Shown here in pieces: positions 46,478 to 56,443 of a stretch of DNA of 64,000 nucleotides (its first letter is position 1; each line of letters begins with the position of its first letter). The notes beneath the pieces were generated by a model that ran no database searches, was not told where the DNA came from, and saw only the letters and a list, made by a program, of their open reading frames with translations. Where the stretch lies: positions 32,001 through 96,000 of the forward strand of contig JAXGYC010000010.1 in NCBI GenBank assembly GCA_040772485.1, read 5' to 3'. Source of the stretch: Sedimentisphaerales bacterium (GTDB lineage: Bacteria; Planctomycetota; Phycisphaerae; Sedimentisphaerales; Anaerobacaceae). The position numbers were made by a program, and so were the translations under genes.

Positions 46478-47653
46478 ATGATCCGGCAAAGACGTGGAGA
46501 ATACCTCGCAGTCCTCGTTCTTATCGTTTGCGTGGCAGGCGCTCCTCTGCGCGGCGCGATGCCCCGGTTCGAATGCCACGAGATCGGCCGGATCGGGCAA
46601 CAGATGGGCCAGACCTCGCTGGTGGACATCGACAAGGACGGCGACCTCGACTGGGTCGTCGGCGAGCGGACGCGGACGTGGTGGTTCGAGTACGCCGGCC
46701 CGGACAAGTGGATTCGGCACGATCTGGGCCAAGGCAATCGCACCGACGTGGGCGGCACGGCGTTCGACATCGACCGCGACGGCTGGATCGACCAGTTCTG
46801 CGGGACGGGGTGGTATCGCAACACGGGCAAGCCGCGTACCGAGCCGTTCGAACGATACGACAGCGGAACGGTCTTCTGTCACGACGACGTCGCGGCAGAC
46901 ATCAACGGCGACGGCAAGCTCGACGCGGTCGCGTGCAGCGATCAGGGCGAGCATGGCGTCACGGTCTGGTATGAGATCCCGGCCGACCCCGGGGCCAAAT
47001 GGACCGAGCACAGGATCGGCAATGGCATCCACGGAGGCGTCGGTCCGGCGGGCGTCGGCGACGTCGATGGCGACGGTGACAACGATGTCGTCCGCGGCGA
47101 CGTGTGGTTCGAGAATACCGATGGCAAAGGACTGCAATGGACCGAGCGCGCCGGTCTGACTCCGCCCGGCGGCAATCGGCCCGAGCGATACGGTCTGGCG
47201 ATCAAGGTCTGGCTGGCGGACATGGACGCCGACGGCGATCTCGATATCGTCGAAGCCGAGGCGGACACGCCCGATGCACGCGTCTTCTGGTTCGAGAACA
47301 AGGGCAAGGCAAAGGACTGGGCGTGCCGCCTGATCTCAGCGGACCACACGAACCAGGACTTCCACTCGCTGGCGGTGGCCGACTTCGACAACGACGGCGA
47401 CCTGGACGTCTTCTCCGGCGGCGGCCCCCTGTCGAAAGACGTCCACAAATGCTCCATCTGGGAGAACGCCGATGGCAAGGCCGGCGTCTGGAAGGAGCAT
47501 CTGATCCTCGAAGGCAAACGCTGCCACGAGGCGAAGGCCGCCGACGTGGACGCCGACGGCGACATCGACATCTGCACCAAACCCTGGAACGGGGATCTGC
47601 ACGTCTACTTCCGCAACCGGCTCGTCGAGGATGGAGGCGCGTCCTCACAATAG
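46478..47653 (+). CDS. Secreted FG-GAP/VCBS repeat protein
   Basis: About 7 DxDxDGxxD repeats; signal peptide; AAAGGAG RBS. Confidence 0.85.
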   Translation: MIRQRRGEYLAVLVLIVCVAGAPLRGAMPRFECHEIGRIGQQMGQTSLVDIDKDGDLDWVVGERTRTWWFEYAGPDKWIRHDLGQGNRTDVGGTAFDIDRDGWIDQFCGTGWYRNTGKPRTEPFERYDSGTVFCHDDVAADINGDGKLDAVACSDQGEHGVTVWYEIPADPGAKWTEHRIGNGIHGGVGPAGVGDVDGDGDNDVVRGDVWFENTDGKGLQWTERAGLTPPGGNRPERYGLAIKVWLADMDADGDLDIVEAEADTPDARVFWFENKGKAKDWACRLISADHTNQDFHSLAVADFDNDGDLDVFSGGGPLSKDVHKCSIWENADGKAGVWKEHLILEGKRCHEAKAADVDADGDIDICTKPWNGDLHVYFRNRLVEDGGASSQ

Positions 47654-47689
47654 CGTCGCAGCAGAGCCCGCAGCACACGGGAGCAGCGG

Positions 47690-48220
47690 TCAGCGCGGCG
47701 TGCGTTCGGGGCGGTTTCGACGCGAGCGATGGAGGTGGGTTCCCTTCCAGAGCCATCGGACCAGCAGGTTGCCGATGATCGCGGCCGCAGTGCCCAGAAG
47801 GAGGCAGCCGGTCCACAGACAGAACGAGCCCATGATGATCTTGCCGGATCTGGCCTGCGCGTATGCAGCGATGTACTCGTCAGCATAGGGAATGGCGTAC
47901 AGGACGAAATGGCCGATGCGCCAGGCGGTCATGTAGATGGGAACGGCCGTCAGAGGGTTGGTCACCCAGCAGGCCAGCAGAGCGATGGGCAGGTTCACCC
48001 GGAAGTAAAGCGTGCCCACGCAGGCCAGCAGCATCTGAAACGGGATCGTGGGGGTGAACGCGATGAACAGCCCAACGGAAATGCCTCCCGCCAGCGAGCG
48101 GGCGTCGAAATGCCAGAGGTCCCTGGCCAGGATGTTCTTCCCGAAGACGCGATAGAGGAAGGACCGCCGCAGTCTGTCCCGGTCCGGGAGATGACGAAGA
48201 ATCAATTCGCGAAGACCCAT
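47690..48220 (-). CDS. DUF2062 family membrane protein
   Basis: LAGGISVGLFIAFTP..PFQ, WVTNPLT. Confidence 0.82.
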   Translation of the reverse strand: MGLRELILRHLPDRDRLRRSFLYRVFGKNILARDLWHFDARSLAGGISVGLFIAFTPTIPFQMLLACVGTLYFRVNLPIALLACWVTNPLTAVPIYMTAWRIGHFVLYAIPYADEYIAAYAQARSGKIIMGSFCLWTGCLLLGTAAAIIGNLLVRWLWKGTHLHRSRRNRPERTPR

Positions 48221-48360
48221 GCACTCCTGTCTACACACACGGTGGATTCCATCTCTCTACGGAAAGCGTACGATCACAGCCGCCAGAGGTCAAGGGGCAA
48301 TGCCCGCCTTCCCGGCAATCGCGTCCGCGCAGATCGCACAGCAGGCGAGGAGAACCGTGT

Positions 48361-48474
48361 GTGGCAGCCTCAAACGCGCAGCGTTTGGGGATGACGGATG
48401 TGCATGGCACATGCGCACGGAAAGGCCTCTGCGATGCGATCCATCCCCAAGTCCTGCGGACTTGAGGCTGCCAC
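48361..48474. repeat. Palindromic MITE/REP-like element
   Basis: 13-bp terminal IR GTGGCAGCCTCAA/TTGAGGCTGCCAC plus inner IR TTGGGGATG/CATCCCCAA. Confidence 0.75.
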
Positions 48475-48664
48475 CCCTGGCTGTTTGCGCCCTCCAGGGA
48501 GTGCTGCCCGAGAATCTTGACAGACACACGACGCCTCTGCGGGCAGTTTGCGGTAGCCAGGGGCGTCTTTTGCGGATAGGATCGGTCCGGCGATGGGCGA
48601 ATGATAATTCGCCCCTACGCCCGGTGGACCATTCTTCTGGAGCTCGATTCGCGGGGAAACGCGC

Positions 48665-48874
48665 ATGGCGAAGATCATCAAGGTGCAATGCACAGGCAAA
48701 GGGCAGCACGTCAACGAGATCGATCTGGAGGACGTGATCGGCAGCGACGTCGTGCTGTACGGCAGCCCGATTCTCACCGGACGGGACATTCCCGCCCGCA
48801 TCGTCCGCCGGTGCGACGAATGCGATGAGGGCAAGGTCGTCATCACGCGAGAGATGATCGAGGCCACCATGTGA
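48665..48874 (+). CDS. Small putative zinc-binding protein
   Basis: 69 aa, C-x5-H..C-x2-C, GC3-rich codons, GGGGA upstream. Confidence 0.6.
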   Translation: MAKIIKVQCTGKGQHVNEIDLEDVIGSDVVLYGSPILTGRDIPARIVRRCDECDEGKVVITREMIEATM

Positions 48875-48962
48875 ACATCTGACCCCGCAGGAACCCGACG
48901 CACCGAAGGTCAGACCGACCCCATCGCTGCCGAACAGATCGAACCTGCCTCGGGAAACGTCC

Positions 48963-49649
48963 ATGAGAGACTATGCACTGCCCAGCCATGAAGAATGCCT
49001 GTCGCTGATTCGGGATTGCCACGTTCCGGTTCACATCGCTCGGCACGCCGCAACGGTCGCCCGGCTGGCCGTGTTTCTGGCGCGGAAGCTCGCCGAGCGC
49101 GGAATCGAGATCGACGTCGAGCTGGTGGAACGGGCCTGCCTGCTGCACGATCTGTTCCGCGTCTGCGATTTTCCGCTGGAGGATTTCACGTGGTTCGAGC
49201 AGCCGGTGACCGAAGACGACAAGAGCCGGTGGCGCCGGCTCAAGGCCCGGCACGGTCACGTCCGGCATGAGGACGCGGCCGACGCGTTCCTCAGGGACAA
49301 GTACCCCGTGCTGGCCACCACGATCCGCCGGCACCGGTATGTCGCGGTCCTGGACGAGGCGGACTGCCCCCGGTCCTGGGAGGAGAAGCTCGTCTATTAC
49401 GCCGACAAGCGGGCGATGCACGACAGGATCGTTCCATTGAAGGAGCGGCTCGAAGAGGCGCACCAGAGAAGCGCCCTCGTCCTGGCCAGGGAAGGCAAGG
49501 CCCGTTGCCCGCAAACGGAAGAAGCGGTGGACGCTCGAATCTTCGAACTCGAAGCGGAGATCTTCAACGCCATCGGCCTGTCACCGGACAACGTAACAGA
49601 AGAACTCATCGCCCGCTGTTCCGGGGACGCCAGACAACGATCCGCCTGA
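48963..49649 (+). CDS. HD-domain phosphohydrolase
   Basis: H..LLHD..RHE..RH..YADKR. Confidence 0.85.
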   Translation: MRDYALPSHEECLSLIRDCHVPVHIARHAATVARLAVFLARKLAERGIEIDVELVERACLLHDLFRVCDFPLEDFTWFEQPVTEDDKSRWRRLKARHGHVRHEDAADAFLRDKYPVLATTIRRHRYVAVLDEADCPRSWEEKLVYYADKRAMHDRIVPLKERLEEAHQRSALVLAREGKARCPQTEEAVDARIFELEAEIFNAIGLSPDNVTEELIARCSGDARQRSA

Positions 49650-49680
49650 ATCCGTCCCCTGCCGGCCCGCTGAACCTGGA

Positions 49681-51894
49681 TCACCTGCCCAGGACCTTAT
49701 CAATCGGCGGTGCGTAGTAGAGGCCGAAGCCAGACAGGGTCGGGCAGACGCGGGAGTTGAGGATTCGCAGGCGAACGCGGCTGGTTGTAACGTCGTCGAA
49801 CCGCAGCAGACGCTTGTAGCCGACGGTGGTGCCGCGAGCGAACTCCTTCCAGTTGCCGCCATCGAGCGCATCGAGAGCGAATTCCTCGATCCGCTGGCCC
49901 ACCGCGATGCACTCGCCCAACTCGGCGACGTTGAAAGTGCGCTCCTTGCCCAGATCGAACTGGACCGTGGCGGCCGTCGTCCAGTCGTCGGTCGTCCAGT
50001 AGGTGTCCTTGTTGCCGTCGGTGATCTTGTCCGCGGCGAAGGCCGGATTGCCGCCTTTGACGTGCGAGGCTTTGGCGGAAACGTTTGCCGCCAGGTTCTC
50101 ACCGAAGATCGCGTCGAGCACCTTGCGAAACTCTCGCAGACGCTGCACGTCGTTCTCGTGGATCAGCCCCCTGCGATCCGGCGGCAGGTTCAGCAGCAGC
50201 ACGCTGTTGTACCCGACGGAACTGAAGTAGATATCGAGCAGTTGCTCGACCGATTTGACCTTGTCGTCCTCTTTGGCGTGGTAGAACCAGCCCGGACGGA
50301 TGGAGACGTCAGTCTCCGCCGGATACCAGATCAGCCGCTCGCCCTCGCCAAGGGCCTCCAGGCTGCCCAAGTCCTTCGCGGTGCAGTTGACCGGCCCGAA
50401 CAGGCTGCCGCTGCCGTTCATCACGCTCCATTCGCTCTCGCGGGCATAGCCTCGCTCGTTGCCGACCCAGCGGATGTCCGGCCCATTGAAGATCACCGCG
50501 CCCGGCTGAAGCTCGCGAACGAGGCCGAAGTAGCCTTGCCAGTCGTATTCCATATCCTTGGCGTCCGGCCCTTTGGCGCCGTCGCACCAGACCTCGGTGA
50601 CCTCGCCGTAATTGGTGAGCAGCTCGCGGAGCTGATTCATGTAGAACCGGTTGTAGCCTTCGTTGTCGCCGTACGTCGGTTCATGCCGGTCCCAAGGTGA
50701 TAGATACAGCCCCAGCTTCAAACCCGCGTCACGGCACGCGGCGGCCAGCTCGCCGACGATGTCCCCTTGGCCGTTCTTATACGGGCTGCTCTTGACCGAA
50801 TGCTCGGTGTAGTTGCTGGGCCACAGACAGAAGCCATCGTGATGCTTGGCGGTCAGGATGATCATCTTCATGCCGGCGTCCTTGCACGTCCGGACCCATT
50901 GGCGGACGTCCAGTTCGCTCGGATTGAAGATGGCCGGGCTCTCCTTGCCGTCGCCCCACTCGCGGTCGGTAAAGGCGTTGACGGTGTAGTGAATGAACCC
51001 GATGAACTCCAGTTGCTGCCAGGCAAGCTGCTGGGGCGAAGGTCTCACGTTGGCCGCCGGGGCAATCAGCGCCTTGCGTTTGAAGTGCTCGACCGCCTGG
51101 GGTTCGCCCACCACGTCGTACACGCGAACGTAATCGACGACGAAATGGTCGGGCAGTTTGGCCTGGGCGATGTCCCCTCCCCACTCGCCGATCTCTTCGG
51201 TCAGCTTCGCATATTCGGGGACCTGCGAGACGCCCCCGCCGCTGGTGCGCCAGGTTTCCTGTCCGTTGACGTAGAAGACGTACTCCTGCGGCGTCCAATA
51301 CAGGCCGAACGTGTGGAAGCCTTCGCTCATGCCCGGGACGGTAAGCGTGGTCCCAACGTGCTGATGCTCTTTGCCATAGCCGTCCCAGTGCAGGTTCTGC
51401 GTGGTTCGGTCCTCGCGCCAGGGCTTTTCCATGATGTCGATCTCGGTACCGTCGCGGCCACCGTCGCCGATCTTGTTCACGGTGTCGCAGTGGAGCCAGA
51501 AGGCGGGCCAGTGTCCCGGCTGGGTCGGGAACTTGCAGCGGCAGACCCAGTAGCCGTAGCGGTGCTCGAATTTGCCTCGCGTACGGACGGCGCCGCAGGT
51601 GTACCGGTCCCCATCCTTCTTCGTTCGCAGGACCAGATGGCCCTGGCCGTCGACGTAGGAATCCTCCTTGACCCAGAAGCCATCCCGCCGCTTCCAGTCG
51701 CCCATCACGTCCCACTTCGACTGATCCACTTGCGTGCCGTCGAATTCATCGCTCCAGGCGAGCTTCCACTGCTGGCCCGCCGGAAGCGGAGGGAGAAACT
51801 CGTCACTTGCTTGCGCCGAGCCAGCGAGAATCACAACCACCAGAAGGACGGACAAAAAAACGAGGCGGTCAGGACGACGGGGCGGAAGAGTCAT
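49681..51894 (-). CDS. Secreted GH16 + GH29 alpha-L-fucosidase + F5/8 type C (CBM32-like) fusion
   Basis: WSDEFDG, WPAFW, EIDIME (GH16). TAKHHDGFCLW, YLSPWD, VWCDGA, WVGNE (GH29). C-terminal discoidin domain. Confidence 0.9.
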   Translation of the reverse strand: MTLPPRRPDRLVFLSVLLVVVILAGSAQASDEFLPPLPAGQQWKLAWSDEFDGTQVDQSKWDVMGDWKRRDGFWVKEDSYVDGQGHLVLRTKKDGDRYTCGAVRTRGKFEHRYGYWVCRCKFPTQPGHWPAFWLHCDTVNKIGDGGRDGTEIDIMEKPWREDRTTQNLHWDGYGKEHQHVGTTLTVPGMSEGFHTFGLYWTPQEYVFYVNGQETWRTSGGGVSQVPEYAKLTEEIGEWGGDIAQAKLPDHFVVDYVRVYDVVGEPQAVEHFKRKALIAPAANVRPSPQQLAWQQLEFIGFIHYTVNAFTDREWGDGKESPAIFNPSELDVRQWVRTCKDAGMKMIILTAKHHDGFCLWPSNYTEHSVKSSPYKNGQGDIVGELAAACRDAGLKLGLYLSPWDRHEPTYGDNEGYNRFYMNQLRELLTNYGEVTEVWCDGAKGPDAKDMEYDWQGYFGLVRELQPGAVIFNGPDIRWVGNERGYARESEWSVMNGSGSLFGPVNCTAKDLGSLEALGEGERLIWYPAETDVSIRPGWFYHAKEDDKVKSVEQLLDIYFSSVGYNSVLLLNLPPDRRGLIHENDVQRLREFRKVLDAIFGENLAANVSAKASHVKGGNPAFAADKITDGNKDTYWTTDDWTTAATVQFDLGKERTFNVAELGECIAVGQRIEEFALDALDGGNWKEFARGTTVGYKRLLRFDDVTTSRVRLRILNSRVCPTLSGFGLYYAPPIDKVLGR

Positions 51895-52510
51895 GATGTG
51901 TTCCTTCTTGTTTGTACTGCCTCCAACTGGGCCGTCGCGTCGCGAGGAAGCCGGAGACGATGGTAGCGACGAGCATGGCGACGAATGTCAATGAGGTGAA
52001 CCAGTAACCCCAGGTCTGATCCGGCACGTGCGCCATCTTGATCAGAACGGTGCCAATGGCAAAGGACTGCAGCAGCATTTTGAGCTTGCCCGAGCGAGTG
52101 GCCGCGAAGTTGATTCCCTTGGCTTCCGCCACTTGTCGCAGAATCGTGACATACGCCTCTCTGGCCGCGAGAACAGCAACGACCAGCCAGTGAATCCCGG
52201 CCAGCGTTTCGGCCGACCAGCCGAACAGCTTGGGCTCCCCGATCACGGCAAAGCAAACGAACGTCCCGACCACCAGAACCTTATCGACCAGCGGGTCCAC
52301 CATGCGCCCGAACTTGCTGGTGGCGTTGAAACGGCGCGCCACGATGCCGTCGACGACGTCGGTCAGGCCTGCGACGACGAACAGAACGAAGGCCCCATCG
52401 AGAAACGCCGTGCGATGTTCGACCTGCGGGCTGTAGAGGATCATCACGAGGAAGATGATGGACAGGCCGAGGCGTGCAAAGGTCAGAATGTTCGGGACAT
52501 GTTTCAGCAT
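51869..52510 (-). CDS. pgsA: CDP-alcohol phosphatidyltransferase
   Basis: PNILTFAR, DVVDGIVAR..G...DPLVDK. Confidence 0.88.
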   Translation of the reverse strand: MLKHVPNILTFARLGLSIIFLVMILYSPQVEHRTAFLDGAFVLFVVAGLTDVVDGIVARRFNATSKFGRMVDPLVDKVLVVGTFVCFAVIGEPKLFGWSAETLAGIHWLVVAVLAAREAYVTILRQVAEAKGINFAATRSGKLKMLLQSFAIGTVLIKMAHVPDQTWGYWFTSLTFVAMLVATIVSGFLATRRPSWRQYKQEGTHHDSSAPSS

Positions 52511-52542
52511 AACGGCAAGTTTACTGGAGCCGATGGCTCGCT

Positions 52543-53892
52543 TCAACAGCAAATTTGCTCGACGAGCAGATCGTAGTCCCTGACCCCGACGACGTCCGCA
52601 TCGGCGTAGCTTCCGGGGCCGGCCATGCAGTTCGTCACGACGCAGATCGAGTCGATGTCGGGCGCCTGTCCGTAGAAGCGGCCGTAGCCGATCCCCTGCG
52701 GATCGACCGAATCGATCAGACATTTCAGACGCTGGCCCACGCGTGCCCGGTTCTTCGCGAAGGCGATCTCCTGCTGCGCCAGCATGAGAGCGTCGAGCCG
52801 GTCCTGTTTGACGTCGTCGGGAATCTGGTCGGGGAACTGGGCCGCCGGCGTACCGGTTTCCGGAAAGAACGTGAACGCCCCCAGGGCATCGAACTGCGCC
52901 CACCGGATAAACTCAAGCAGGTCGGAGAAATCCCCGTCGGTCTCGCCAGAGAAGCCCACAATCACCGTCGTCCGCAGGACGATGTCGGGGATCGCCGCGC
53001 GAAGACGCTCGATCATGGTTCGCAGTCCGTCCGACGTGTCCGGACGTCTCATCGCGCGGAGGATCTTGTCGCTGGCGTGTTGAATGGGGATGTCCAGATA
53101 GTGCAACACCTTGTCACTGCGAGCGATCGCATCGATCAGACTCACCGTGATGCCCCTGGGGTAGGCGTACAACAGCCGAATCCAGGCAAGGTCCGCAATC
53201 GTTTCCATCTCGCCCAGCAGGTGTGCGAGACCGTCGGCCATCTTCAGGTCGCGCCCATAGATGGTCGTGTCCTGCCCGATAAGGTTCAGCTCCACCGCCC
53301 CCGAGGAGACCAACTCCCTCGCCTCCTCCAGAACCAATTCCGGGGGCTTGCTGCGAAACGGCCCGCGAATGGCGGGGATCGTGCAAAAAGAACAGCGGTG
53401 GTCGCACCCTTCGCTGATGCGAAGATAGGCAGAATGGGCCGGCCCGATCCGCAGGCGAACCCGGTCGTCGGTCGGGACCGGAAACGTCCGGTCGCTATAG
53501 ATGCCGGGCTCGCCGGGAGACAACGTGCGCCGAATGATCTGGACGATGCTGTCCCTCTGACCCAGCCCGACGACGGCGTCGACGCCCTCGGCTTCATTGA
53601 GAAGCTGCGCGCCCAGCCTCTGCGCCAGGCAGCCGGCGACAACCACCTTCTGAACGCGGCCACTTCGTTTGTCCGCCGCCGCCTGTGCTATGGCGTCGAG
53701 CGACTCGACCTTCGCCGGCTCGATGAAGCCGCACGTGTTGATGATGACCACATCCGCCTGCGAAGGGTCGGCCGCGATCAGGAAGCCGGCCTCCACGATC
53801 TGAGCGAGCATCCTCTCGCTGTCCACCACGTTTTTCGGACAGCCCAATGCGACAAATCCGACCGTGACCTTCTTCTTTCTGCTCTTCGTCAT
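52543..53892 (-). CDS. rimO: Ribosomal protein S12 methylthiotransferase
   Basis: LGCPKNVVDSE, NTCGFI, CxxxCxxC, QAPDID TRAM domain. Confidence 0.95.
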   Translation of the reverse strand: MTKSRKKKVTVGFVALGCPKNVVDSERMLAQIVEAGFLIAADPSQADVVIINTCGFIEPAKVESLDAIAQAAADKRSGRVQKVVVAGCLAQRLGAQLLNEAEGVDAVVGLGQRDSIVQIIRRTLSPGEPGIYSDRTFPVPTDDRVRLRIGPAHSAYLRISEGCDHRCSFCTIPAIRGPFRSKPPELVLEEARELVSSGAVELNLIGQDTTIYGRDLKMADGLAHLLGEMETIADLAWIRLLYAYPRGITVSLIDAIARSDKVLHYLDIPIQHASDKILRAMRRPDTSDGLRTMIERLRAAIPDIVLRTTVIVGFSGETDGDFSDLLEFIRWAQFDALGAFTFFPETGTPAAQFPDQIPDDVKQDRLDALMLAQQEIAFAKNRARVGQRLKCLIDSVDPQGIGYGRFYGQAPDIDSICVVTNCMAGPGSYADADVVGVRDYDLLVEQICC

Positions 53893-54103
53893 GGAGCGTA
53901 CTGATACGCCAAGCGGCGGCGTTTGTCCATTCTTTTAAGTTGGGCAAGATGAAAACCCCCATTTTGGTTAATCCTTTCAAATTGCCCTTGACGATAAACT
54001 CTGTGGCAATAGAATATCGATAGCTGGCGTCTACCTGCACAGGAGGACATTGCAAGGGTAGATCTACATGGATGTGGGGCCGTAGGTAGAAGCGACAGGT
54101 GTT

Positions 54104-55846
54104 ATGCGAATGACTGATGCCAAACACAAAATCAGCCACAACAGGGAGTTACTGTTCGTGGCTTTTCTCGTTTTAGGCACCGTCGTTCTCCCGGGTTGTC
54201 ACGACTGGCCGGATGAGAGGGGCACCGCAATCGAGGCCCAGAACATCCTGCGAGACATCGGCAGGGTCAACGCCGTCGCCGATCCCAACATTCCGCGACC
54301 GGCCGTCTATCAGTCCCCTCCGAAGAAAATCAAACAGGTCGTCGGCGGCGCCGAAGAGTGGAAACTGGTCTACTTCTGCCGGTACCACACCGCCGAGAAC
54401 ATGAAGCAGATCATCCACGAGCAGTTCGCCACTCAGTTGTTCAACCAGAAGGGCCAGTCCACAACCATACAGGATTACACCGTCACGGCCAATCCCGCTA
54501 CGAATCAGCTCATCGTGCGCTGCCCGCTGGAATCGGACATCGATTCGGTGCTCGAAATCATCAAGGAAACGGATATCCCGCCGATCCAGGTGAAGATCGA
54601 ATGCCTGGTGTCGGAGCTGTACGCGGATCTGACCGTCGACCGCGAAACGTCCGTCATGATCCAGAATCTGTTCGGGGAGATGGCGATCGGCGGCGAACCG
54701 ACGAACGAATACCTCGCCTTTCCCGGGGCGGCGCTTCGTGATCCGGCCAGACAGAAGTTCGGCCTGAAGGTCGGCGTCGATCAGGGCGAGGAAGGGCACA
54801 GGATCATGGCTCTCGTCGACATCCTGGTCTCGCGAGGCTACCTGAAGATCCTCATGAACCCCACGCTGGAGGTCGTCAACGGTCAGTCTGCGAAGATCCA
54901 GTCCAAGCAGCATCTGCCGCTCCAGCAGGTGACCGTCCAGAGCGGAGGGTTCGGAGGGACACCCGTCCTGCGGACCCAGACGGAGTACTATGACATCATA
55001 GACCAACTGGAGATCACGCCGCACGTTTACGCAGACGGTTACATCGGATTGGAGACGCAGGTCCAGATCGCCGCACACATGACCCCCGAAGGCATCAGCC
55101 AGATGCCCATCGTGACGGAGCGGACGATCACGAACAAGGACAACCGCATTCGGATCGGCGAGAGCCTGATCATCGGCGGTATCCGCAAGAGCGAGAAGCG
55201 CGACGTCATTCGCGGCGTGCCGATCCTCAAGGACATCCCGGGCCTGAACCTTCTGTTCTCCGGCCGGGACTTCGAGGAACGGGCCACCGAGGTCATCTTC
55301 ATCCTGACCCCGACCATCTCGACCGGCGGAAAACCCAACGAGGATATCGTCAACTTGATGCAGGAGCGGCATTCGTCGCCAATGACCCAGGCCCTGCACG
55401 AAGCCGTGATGGACCCGCTCGGGATCAAGGCCCGTGAGCAAGAGCAGGAACGTAAGGTCGAGGCCGCCTACGAAGCGCAGATGCAATCGGAGGCCGAGAA
55501 GAACGCCGCCCGTCTGGAAGCGATGGAGACGGGTCAGCAGATCCAGGACCTGAGCGCCGAACTGCAGGAAGCCAAGGCGCAGGTCGAACAGGCCAGCACG
55601 AAGGCCGATCAGGCGGCTTCGGCGGCCGAAGCGGCCAAGGCGCAGGCCGAACAGGCCACCGCGGAGGCCCAGCAGGCCAAGACGGAGGCCGAGAAGGCCA
55701 AGGCGCAGGCCGAACAGGCCGGCAAGAACGCCGCCGAACAGACCGAACAGAAGGCCACGCCGCAGGAGCCGCCGCCGGCCGGCCAGAGCCAGGAGCCGGC
55801 ACCGCAACAGGGAGCGCCACAGGGACCACCGCAGGAGGCGAAATAG
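54104..55846 (+). CDS. Secretin-family outer-membrane protein with putative lipobox and C-terminal coiled coil
   Basis: LPGC lipobox; ANPATNQLIV N3-like motif; QVKIE; IIGG..GVPILKDIPGLNLLF..EVIFILTP. Confidence 0.85.
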   Translation: MRMTDAKHKISHNRELLFVAFLVLGTVVLPGCHDWPDERGTAIEAQNILRDIGRVNAVADPNIPRPAVYQSPPKKIKQVVGGAEEWKLVYFCRYHTAENMKQIIHEQFATQLFNQKGQSTTIQDYTVTANPATNQLIVRCPLESDIDSVLEIIKETDIPPIQVKIECLVSELYADLTVDRETSVMIQNLFGEMAIGGEPTNEYLAFPGAALRDPARQKFGLKVGVDQGEEGHRIMALVDILVSRGYLKILMNPTLEVVNGQSAKIQSKQHLPLQQVTVQSGGFGGTPVLRTQTEYYDIIDQLEITPHVYADGYIGLETQVQIAAHMTPEGISQMPIVTERTITNKDNRIRIGESLIIGGIRKSEKRDVIRGVPILKDIPGLNLLFSGRDFEERATEVIFILTPTISTGGKPNEDIVNLMQERHSSPMTQALHEAVMDPLGIKAREQEQERKVEAAYEAQMQSEAEKNAARLEAMETGQQIQDLSAELQEAKAQVEQASTKADQAASAAEAAKAQAEQATAEAQQAKTEAEKAKAQAEQAGKNAAEQTEQKATPQEPPPAGQSQEPAPQQGAPQGPPQEAK

Positions 55847-55984
55847 CAGCAGGAGGCGGACAGGACCGTGCCCGTGGCACTGCGCGGAGTGCCCAAGTCC
55901 GGTCGTTTGTCCTGCAAGTATTGCCGTACCTCAATTGCGTGTAGCTCAGGAACTCGCACACTGACCTTTCTGGAGGGACAGTAG

Positions 55985-56443
55985 ATGGACAACTTGGGCA
56001 ACAACAGCACCCCTGGCAATAACGTCGAGAAACCCATCCCCTTTGACAACGGCGAGAAGCCGATGCCGCCCGGAAATCCGGCGCCAGCCCCAAGCGTCTC
56101 TCGCGCCCCCTTGAATCTGGGCGGAGCGGGCAAGCCTGCGGCGGCCCCACCGACGCCGGTCGCAACGCCGGCACCGGCGCCAGCACCGGCGCCGCGTCCC
56201 GCTGCTCCTGTGCCCGTCCGCAGGACCGTTCCCGAGGCCCCCGTCCCTTCCGGCGGGAGGATCACAGGCGTCAAGACCTTCTTCACCAAGCTGCACCCAG
56301 GTGCGCTGGAGTTCATGGACGAGCAGATCGGTGGATGGCTCAAGGAGCATCCGGAGATCCATATCAAGCACACCAACATCACCACCGGCGAGGTCCAGGC
56401 CAAGAAGACCGAGCCCAACATCATCATTACCTTGTGGTATTGA
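55985..56443 (+). CDS. Hypothetical protein with Pro/Ala-rich linker and compact C-terminal domain
   Basis: GGAGG RBS; low-complexity N-half and globular-looking C-half. Confidence 0.75.
   Translation: MDNLGNNSTPGNNVEKPIPFDNGEKPMPPGNPAPAPSVSRAPLNLGGAGKPAAAPPTPVATPAPAPAPAPRPAAPVPVRRTVPEAPVPSGGRITGVKTFFTKLHPGALEFMDEQIGGWLKEHPEIHIKHTNITTGEVQAKKTEPNIIITLWY

Noticed and set aside
55570..55740. Repeated GCCAAGGCGCAGGCCGAACAGGCC units
   Set aside because: Explained by the Ala/Glu/Gln/Lys coiled-coil tail of the secretin.
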